Under the pieces are notes generated by a model, which was not told where the DNA came from, did no database searches, and saw only the letters and a program-made list of their open reading frames with translations. Shown here one piece after another: positions 57,866-64,000 of a stretch of 64,000 nt of DNA. Both the position numbers and the translations under genes were made by a program. The first letter of the stretch is position 1. Each line of letters begins with the position of its first letter. Source of the DNA: Patescibacteria group bacterium (GTDB lineage Bacteria; Patescibacteriota; Dojkabacteria; JAKAPS01; JAJZLI01); assembly GCA_023380695.1 (NCBI GenBank), contig JAMCRT010000030.1, positions 3,978 to 67,977 of the forward strand, given 5' to 3'.

Positions 57866-59548
57866 TTGGGTGATGCAGGAAATGTAAACGAACTAAGGAA
57901 TATAGATTTATCAAAATATTTTGAAGGGTCTAAGTTTGAATTGAATTTAAAATTTTTAGAGCATCTAACTTTAAGTGATATTGCCAGTGAAGAGGGATTA
58001 GTCGCAAAATTAGCGGATTTGAGGAATGTGGATCCAGGGAGATTAGTTGATATACAAAACTTTTTTACAGAGAGAGGGCTAGAGGGCGGAATAGATTTCA
58101 CTAACAATGCTAGGATTGCAAGAGCTCTTGGCAATGTAAATATAGCAGAGCTTTCAAAGGAAGGGATTTTGAATGATTTAGTAATAAAGTCTGGAGATTT
58201 AACGGGTAGCATAGAGGAGCTAACAGGGTTTGATATAAGGGCTGCAGGTCTTAGTGCAAAAGTTTTGCAAGGAGCTCCTTGGTCAATATCAAAAATTCCT
58301 GCATTAATGAGATCTGATATAAAGCTTCCTATACCTGGAATGACACACGCAACATTTGCAGATATATCTCCAGCTATGAACTCAGGATTTATTGCTGGAA
58401 TTGGGTTAAGTCTTGTTGGTGTATCTCCCGTGATTGCGGTGGCTACAGGTGTGGGAGTTATGGGTGCAAGACTGGTTCTTTCTAGTATTTATAGGAGTCC
58501 AGAGACTAGTTTGCCGATAGGTGCTATTGGAGAAGGAGGCAAAGCATTACTAGAGGCTTTTTCTCACAGTATTAACGTAGGAATGGTTACTTTTGTAGTT
58601 GCAGATCTTTTACTTCATAGTATTCCTGTTGCTGGAATGGTAGCCGCTGGTGTAACTGCAGGATATACAGCATTAAGATTTATATTGAAAGGTAAAGGTT
58701 GGTTTAAAGATGGGGGCGGAATTATTAAGGGTATAGGGGCTGCAAAGGCGGACTTTCTTGGAAAATTAGGTGTTCCAGATTGGGCAATTAAAATTTTTTC
58801 ATTAAAAGGTGCATTTGATGTTGGTATGGTAATACAGCTTGATGACTCTTTGATGAATCCTGCCAAATTTATATCTACACTTGGAACATTCACACTTCCT
58901 GCCATTATAAGTTCATGGGGTACGTTAATTTTTGGGTTTGCAGGAGCATACGGTTTAGCGGCGCTTATACTTGGAGCAGGATTCGGGCTTGCAACGGCCG
59001 GTTTGGGGTTAGGGATACTGGTGGTAGGATATGGAATAGATTGGTTAGTAAAAGGTATTACAGGATTTGATATTGGTCATTGGATTTTAGGTTGGATAAA
59101 AACAGGAATATCTGATGTGTTTTCATGGTTTGGAAATCATGCTATGGCTCCAATCTCTTGGGGTTTTGATATCCTAATTACTATGATGCTTTTAATCTTT
59201 AGGACAGATTTTGATATAGATGAGTTTGTGCGTACAATTGTAACTACCGTTGTTATTGTTGCTATATTTATGAATATTTTTGGAGGGGGTGCTGCTTCAG
59301 GAGGTACAAATAGCAATACTTCAAATATTGCAACAAACAATCATACAAAGTCTGGAACTGTTGGGTTTCTAGTGTCCCCATATTCTGGAAAAATTGTAAA
59401 TATAGAACAAAATAGCAAGATTTTGGCAGATACTGTATATATAAAGAATTCAGAAGGAGAAGTAAGTGTTCATAATATATATAACCCATATTTGTATATT
59501 GGTGAACATATAACTAAAGGTTCATTTATTGGGAATACTGTAAAATGA
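57866..59548 (+). CDS. Glycine-zipper membrane protein (560 aa) with a C-terminal half-M23/lipoyl-like beta domain
   Basis: FGFAGAYGLAALILGAGFGLATAGLGLGILVVGYG. C-terminus YSGKIVNIEQNSKILADTVYIKNSEGEVSVHNIYNPYLYIGEHITKGSFIGNTVK. Confidence 0.45.
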   Translation: MGDAGNVNELRNIDLSKYFEGSKFELNLKFLEHLTLSDIASEEGLVAKLADLRNVDPGRLVDIQNFFTERGLEGGIDFTNNARIARALGNVNIAELSKEGILNDLVIKSGDLTGSIEELTGFDIRAAGLSAKVLQGAPWSISKIPALMRSDIKLPIPGMTHATFADISPAMNSGFIAGIGLSLVGVSPVIAVATGVGVMGARLVLSSIYRSPETSLPIGAIGEGGKALLEAFSHSINVGMVTFVVADLLLHSIPVAGMVAAGVTAGYTALRFILKGKGWFKDGGGIIKGIGAAKADFLGKLGVPDWAIKIFSLKGAFDVGMVIQLDDSLMNPAKFISTLGTFTLPAIISSWGTLIFGFAGAYGLAALILGAGFGLATAGLGLGILVVGYGIDWLVKGITGFDIGHWILGWIKTGISDVFSWFGNHAMAPISWGFDILITMMLLIFRTDFDIDEFVRTIVTTVVIVAIFMNIFGGGAASGGTNSNTSNIATNNHTKSGTVGFLVSPYSGKIVNIEQNSKILADTVYIKNSEGEVSVHNIYNPYLYIGEHITKGSFIGNTVK

Positions 59549-60417
59549 AAGTAATAAAAATTGTTATACCAATAATTGTATTTATAGCATTAATATATTT
59601 ATATGTTTTGAGTATGAATTCTCATAGTAATCTACATATAAAGATAAAAAGTAAAAAGTCTCATATCAATAGTTCCAGAAATATTCCTAAAGTCTCTTTT
59701 CAGTCAAATAAATTCAGATTTTTAAAAAATAATTTCAAGTTTGGGTTTAATCCTCAAAATAACAGTTATTATGTAAATAAAGTAAATTTAAATCCATATT
59801 CTGTTGCTATAAATTTAGGTTTTTCAAAAGCTCCAACAACTATAAATGGTAGTAATAGTTTGGTGTGGACAAATAGTAAGGGACATTTAGTTTATTCAAA
59901 TAATACATACTTTGAAATTTTAAATAAAGGATCTTCTTCTAATATTCAAAATTATAAATCTCAACTGATAAAAAAAGTGTTTAATATGGGAAATATCTCT
60001 TCTGTGGATTCTGAGAATATTGTAGGTAATACATATGTATATAAAATATATCCTACTATAGATAGTCAATATATATATACCAACAATTTTCACAGATTTT
60101 ATGAAAGTATAATTCTTTATTCAAATAAATCATTAAAAAGTTTTTCTATATTACCCATAGATTTGAAAACACAAAAAGGATATTTGAATAAAATTACTTT
60201 AAGCTATATTAATATGAATAACTATCCTTTATATATAGGGAATTTAAATAGTGGAACTATTTCAGGAATAAATATAGGTAAGGTTAGAAATATCTTTTAT
60301 TATGATCTTTCATCAAATAATATAATTCCTGCATATATGATTTATGGAAATGTTGTTATAATAAATAATGGAGATATGAGATATGAGAGTTTTATACCAA
60401 AAATTAAGTACAATTAG
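59545..60417 (+). CDS. Secreted/bitopic hypothetical protein (possible VirB8-like scaffold). Speculative.
   Basis: N-terminal TM/signal sequence MKVIKIVIPIIVFIALIYLYVL. Tyr/Asn-rich beta-type sequence. Confidence 0.35.
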   Translation: MKVIKIVIPIIVFIALIYLYVLSMNSHSNLHIKIKSKKSHINSSRNIPKVSFQSNKFRFLKNNFKFGFNPQNNSYYVNKVNLNPYSVAINLGFSKAPTTINGSNSLVWTNSKGHLVYSNNTYFEILNKGSSSNIQNYKSQLIKKVFNMGNISSVDSENIVGNTYVYKIYPTIDSQYIYTNNFHRFYESIILYSNKSLKSFSILPIDLKTQKGYLNKITLSYINMNNYPLYIGNLNSGTISGINIGKVRNIFYYDLSSNNIIPAYMIYGNVVIINNGDMRYESFIPKIKYN

Positions 60418-62830
60418 TCTCATTTTAGGCACAATATTTTGCATTATGCTTTTTGTTAATGTATCAAATGTACATGCTGCATCATGTGCTAGTTATACGG
60501 GGAATGCTCCACAACATATGGCAGTATCTTGTAACGGTAATCTGTTAACAGGGAAAATAGTTCTTAATAATATTGCAAAGAATAAATTGTCTGCCTCAGG
60601 AATTGGAACTGTAAATGTTAGTATTCCAAATATTCCTTTATTTAAATATTTTGACTCTGTTTCTTCTTTAGGTGTTAAAAGTAATCCTACCAATTTTGGT
60701 ATTCCATATCAAACATATGGATATTTAATGGAGAAATTAAACTATAATCCAAATATTAACTATAATGTCTCTTCTAATCTAAATGGTGTAGGGGCATTAA
60801 ATATTCCATATTCTTGTGGTGCCAGTAATGGGGTTACATGTTCTGTTATGTCTATAAATGGAAATGGTAATTATGGATATTTTAGTGTTCCGTATATTGG
60901 AAAAGCCGCAGACTTGTTTACGCTGGGAAATATATTTTCATTAAGTTCTCCCTATAAAATAAATACAATCTCACTGCCCAATAACTCTATTATAACGAGC
61001 ACTCCAAATTCTTTAATAGGAAAATGTTCAGGGAGTTCTAATGGTTGTGTGAGTGGAAAGAAACCTTTAGACTATAAATTAACAACAGGATATGGGAATC
61101 CTTATACTCTTCAAGGAGCAACAATTAATAAACAAATATCAATTTTAGGTACGATTGGCACATTTTTTAGCAATTTATGGGGTAGCGTAACTTCTGTTTT
61201 GACTGGATTAGCTTCTGCTATTGGCCTTGGGTCTAACCCCCCTCCGCCTCCTTTAACAAAGAATTTTCCATTAAGCTCAAGCAGTGGGTTTTGTCCTCAG
61301 TATATATCTCAACTAAATAATACTGCGCCTATTTCTAATACTGGCCAAAATGCATGTACACAAGGATCTCCTGCATTTCAAGTACAGGCATCATTTTCCT
61401 GTGTACCACAATATAATACATATATAAAAGATCAAAAAATTATGAATACTGACCAACAAAGTGTAAATCAAGAGACAGTAGTTGTGAATGGTTTAGTAAA
61501 TCGAGTAAATACATTAACTCAATATATGAATTCTCCCAATACTAGTTTTCAGTCTGCGCTTGGTACTGGACTGGAATTAAATTCTTTGCAAACTCAATTA
61601 TCTGCAGCCGAGAATACATTGAATACGGATAATAGTGCTTTGTCTGTTGCAATTGCAAATTTAAATATTGCTAATACAAATTTGCATAATTGTCTTTCAA
61701 CCCTACAGACATATGAGACTAGTGGTGCACCATTTTCTTTCCAATCAGATCTTTATTTACAAGGAATAAATAGAATTTTAGCAGACTTTTGGTATATGGA
61801 GGCTATAATGAATGGAGGCCCTCCTATTGGACATACTAACACTCATTCTTGGAAAAATGATGTAAATTCAAAAACATTTTTTCTCAAGAAAAATATTAAT
61901 AGAACAAATCTATATAAAGGAATAGGAATCTCAGTTCCAGTTAATATAACAATTAAAACTTACAGCGCTGAAAATGCTGCTAGTATTACCACTGGGGCTA
62001 CTAGTGCTACATACTATTTCCCATGGCTAGGAGATGCTATACAAATTGCTCAAAATCTTGCAACACATCATTTTCAGCCATATTACGCAAATAATACAAC
62101 ATCTTCCTCTCCAACTTACCCTACCTTAGCTCCTGGTGAATATTATATTAAAGATCCATCAAAGCATCCAGACCCTTTATTGTTATACCTTATTTGCACA
62201 GGATCTTTATCTCCAAATGATCCGGTGGTAAGGAATGCTTTAGGTTCATATAGTGTTTCAAAATTCTTTTCATCTGGGGCATGTAATGGTTCTCCTTCTG
62301 TAAGTACTACATCAGTACCTGCAGGAGGAACACCTACTAGCAATGGATCATACAATAATCCTTTAAGAAAAATATCTAAACTGAACCCTGAAAGAATTGA
62401 TCAAGGAGTTGATTATTCTGGGACAGGGCCAATATATGCCTTAGGTCCAGGAACAATAGTATATGTACATGCACCAAGTAACAGTGGTTGGGGACCAAAC
62501 AATATCTTTATAAACGAAAAATTGTCTGCAGGATCTGCAAAGGGACAATATGTATATGTGGCTGAATGTATAAATCCTACAGTATCTGTTGGGCAATCGG
62601 TAACATCTTCTACAGTTATAGGATATATGACAAATTGTGGTTCAGGCATTGAAACTGGTTGGGCAACAGGTCCCAATGATCTAGCTGCAGCACATAGTGT
62701 TTTTAACGGAAGTAATTCTACAGCTTTTGGTCTAAATTATAGTGAATTATTAGCTTCACTTGGGGCACCTCCGGGAAACCTTAATCTCCCTTTATTAGGG
62801 ACTCTTCCGTCTAATTGGCCCAATTGGTAA
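60383..62830 (+). CDS. Secreted 815 aa protein with a C-terminal degenerate M23 (LytM-like) domain
   Basis: Signal peptide ...FVNVSNVHAASC. C-terminus RIDQGVDYSGTGPIYALGPGTIVYVHAPSNSGWGPNNIFINEKL...QYVYVAECINPTVSVGQSVTSSTVIGYMTNCGSGIETGW follows the M23 topology, but HxxxD is DQGVD and the HxH motif is absent. Confidence 0.5.
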   Translation: MRVLYQKLSTISLILGTIFCIMLFVNVSNVHAASCASYTGNAPQHMAVSCNGNLLTGKIVLNNIAKNKLSASGIGTVNVSIPNIPLFKYFDSVSSLGVKSNPTNFGIPYQTYGYLMEKLNYNPNINYNVSSNLNGVGALNIPYSCGASNGVTCSVMSINGNGNYGYFSVPYIGKAADLFTLGNIFSLSSPYKINTISLPNNSIITSTPNSLIGKCSGSSNGCVSGKKPLDYKLTTGYGNPYTLQGATINKQISILGTIGTFFSNLWGSVTSVLTGLASAIGLGSNPPPPPLTKNFPLSSSSGFCPQYISQLNNTAPISNTGQNACTQGSPAFQVQASFSCVPQYNTYIKDQKIMNTDQQSVNQETVVVNGLVNRVNTLTQYMNSPNTSFQSALGTGLELNSLQTQLSAAENTLNTDNSALSVAIANLNIANTNLHNCLSTLQTYETSGAPFSFQSDLYLQGINRILADFWYMEAIMNGGPPIGHTNTHSWKNDVNSKTFFLKKNINRTNLYKGIGISVPVNITIKTYSAENAASITTGATSATYYFPWLGDAIQIAQNLATHHFQPYYANNTTSSSPTYPTLAPGEYYIKDPSKHPDPLLLYLICTGSLSPNDPVVRNALGSYSVSKFFSSGACNGSPSVSTTSVPAGGTPTSNGSYNNPLRKISKLNPERIDQGVDYSGTGPIYALGPGTIVYVHAPSNSGWGPNNIFINEKLSAGSAKGQYVYVAECINPTVSVGQSVTSSTVIGYMTNCGSGIETGWATGPNDLAAAHSVFNGSNSTAFGLNYSELLASLGAPPGNLNLPLLGTLPSNWPNW

Positions 62831-62875
62831 CAATATGTTCTTGCAAAAGAATTTTAATATATATAGTATATTTAT

Positions 62876-63274
62876 ATGAACTTAACAGAACTTCATACTA
62901 TAATAAAAAAGTATTATCCTTGGGGATTATTAATAATTCTTTTTATACTGATTATTATATTTATAATGTCCCCATCTACTCCTGAGATCAATAAAAATAT
63001 TCCAAAAAGCCTAGAAGTAGTAAATCAAAGTAAATTTAGTGCGAAAGCAATAAATTATAATGGGCCAAATTTCGACATACATTATGTTCCAACTTATCCT
63101 AGTAACGGAAAGTTGAGTGCAGGGAAACTATATGTGGATATAAAGGTAGATGCTTTTTTAAATTCTCCTAATTTAAAAAAAGAGGAATCAATTCTTTTGA
63201 ATAAAGCAAAGAGATATTTATCAAAAAATGGAATAAATCCAAATGAGAAAAGTATAGTGTATACATTTAATTAA
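62876..63274 (+). CDS. Small membrane-anchored/secreted hypothetical protein
   Basis: N-terminal TM helix. Confidence 0.3.
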   Translation: MNLTELHTIIKKYYPWGLLIILFILIIIFIMSPSTPEINKNIPKSLEVVNQSKFSAKAINYNGPNFDIHYVPTYPSNGKLSAGKLYVDIKVDAFLNSPNLKKEESILLNKAKRYLSKNGINPNEKSIVYTFN

Positions 63275-63399
63275 TGGGAATATATGATTAAGTGGAAATG
63301 ATAGGATAGATATAGAGTGGCTAGATATTTATTAATAAGGAAAAGAAATGTCAGAAGCTATAAAATATAGAAATATACCTTATAAATAAAAATACAAAA

Positions 63400-64000
63400 A
63401 TGGAAAATAAATGGAATAAGAATATATTAAAAAAGAAAAATTTACTAGTTTTAATAGCTATAGGCATATCTACCACATTTATTATCTTTTCGGTAAAAGT
63501 ATCGTTTGCGAAAGAAGTGCCTCCATGGTTAAGAGGCTATCCGTTAAATTTATATGTGCAAAGCATAGTTAATGGTAGTGGAAGCGGAGGGGTTGGCGTA
63601 ATTACAGGAAATGGGGGAACGGGGGCTCCTCCAAGTTCATGCAATAAGGCATTATTTACAAATGGAGGTAATTGTCATTTGTCTAAGGGGTTACTAACTT
63701 TATATGGAAAAGTTGGAAGTTTAATGAAGATACCTCCAGCTTTTCTTGCGGCTGAAAAACATCAGGAATCTGGGGCCAATTGTCTTTTTAATGAAACAAA
63801 TAGTGGAAACACTACAGCAAATGCAATTTCTCTTATGTCTATTATTGATCATAGCCTTAATTATCACTCTACTGGGCCATATCAATTTGAGCCTGCTACG
63901 TGGAGTGGATATGCTACTCAGACATGGAGTATTATAAAACAAAATTTTCCATATGCTATATCTGCTGGAGAGAGTCAGAATATTTTATTAGATTCTATGA
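63400..64000 (+). CDS. Lytic transglycosylase (SLT-domain, VirB1-like), partial. Runs off the window end.
   Basis: My translation from the ATG at 63400: MENKWNKNILKKKNLLVLIAIGISTTFIIFSVKVSFA... is a signal peptide. Then ...MKIPPAFLAAEKHQESGAN...GPYQFEPATWSGYA carries the catalytic E-S motif and the GLMQ-equivalent block of SLT domains. Confidence 0.55.
   Translation, partial: MENKWNKNILKKKNLLVLIAIGISTTFIIFSVKVSFAKEVPPWLRGYPLNLYVQSIVNGSGSGGVGVITGNGGTGAPPSSCNKALFTNGGNCHLSKGLLTLYGKVGSLMKIPPAFLAAEKHQESGANCLFNETNSGNTTANAISLMSIIDHSLNYHSTGPYQFEPATWSGYATQTWSIIKQNFPYAISAGESQNILLDSM

Noticed and set aside
1-64000. Search for tRNA, rRNA and CRISPR arrays
   Set aside because: I found no T-arm-like GGTTCGAAT/GTTCAAATCC motifs and no regularly spaced direct repeats. 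The ORF-free stretches are short or explained by other features. I cannot exclude a divergent tRNA without a tRNAscan-type search.

Overview
This is a low-GC (about 30%) bacterial chromosomal window dominated by type IV pilus genes and housekeeping genes. It appears to span the replication origin. Lineage is an inference only: possibly a CPR/Patescibacteria-like or other low-GC, reduced-genome bacterium.

Origin region: dnaA and dnaN are both present. A perfect DnaA box lies upstream of dnaA, and the dnaA-dnaN spacer is extremely AT-rich. The rpmH-rnpA-yidC cluster lies about 20 kb away on the same strand.

Type IV pilus genes fall in three places:
- pilB sits at 5.9 kb, next to galU, a membrane-anchored solute-binding-like protein and a PIG-L deacetylase.
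- pilC, four prepilin-like genes, a pilM-pilN fusion and a pilO-like gene sit at 15.9-22.4 kb.
- Three tandem, mosaic pilin paralogs sit at 50.0-51.8 kb. The last one has a strong ribosome-binding site and a GC-stem terminator, so it is the likely major pilin.

Other housekeeping content: a pentose-phosphate cluster (rpiB, rpe, zwf, pgi, tal, gnd), hrcA-grpE-dnaK, rsmA, trmD, thioredoxin and a MraY/WecA-family transferase. The pentose-phosphate cluster is interrupted twice by repeat-flanked insertions: a COG1373 AAA+ ATPase cassette, and a vapBC plus excisionase-like HTH cassette. The transaldolase gene carries a single in-frame TAA.

Both edges of the window carry pieces of what looks like a Gram-positive-style type IV secretion or cell-envelope-spanning apparatus. 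At the left edge there is a split VirB4-family ATPase and a PrgI/VirB3-like membrane protein fused to a long N/S/T-rich region. At the right edge (53-64 kb) there is a previously uncharacterised-looking gene block. It holds a VirB6-like polytopic protein, two giant glycine-zipper membrane proteins, secreted proteins with degenerate M23 (LytM) domains, and a VirB1-like lytic transglycosylase.

An AbiEii/AbiEi-like module sits directly next to the dnaA upstream region. I recognised no rRNA, tRNA or CRISPR array.
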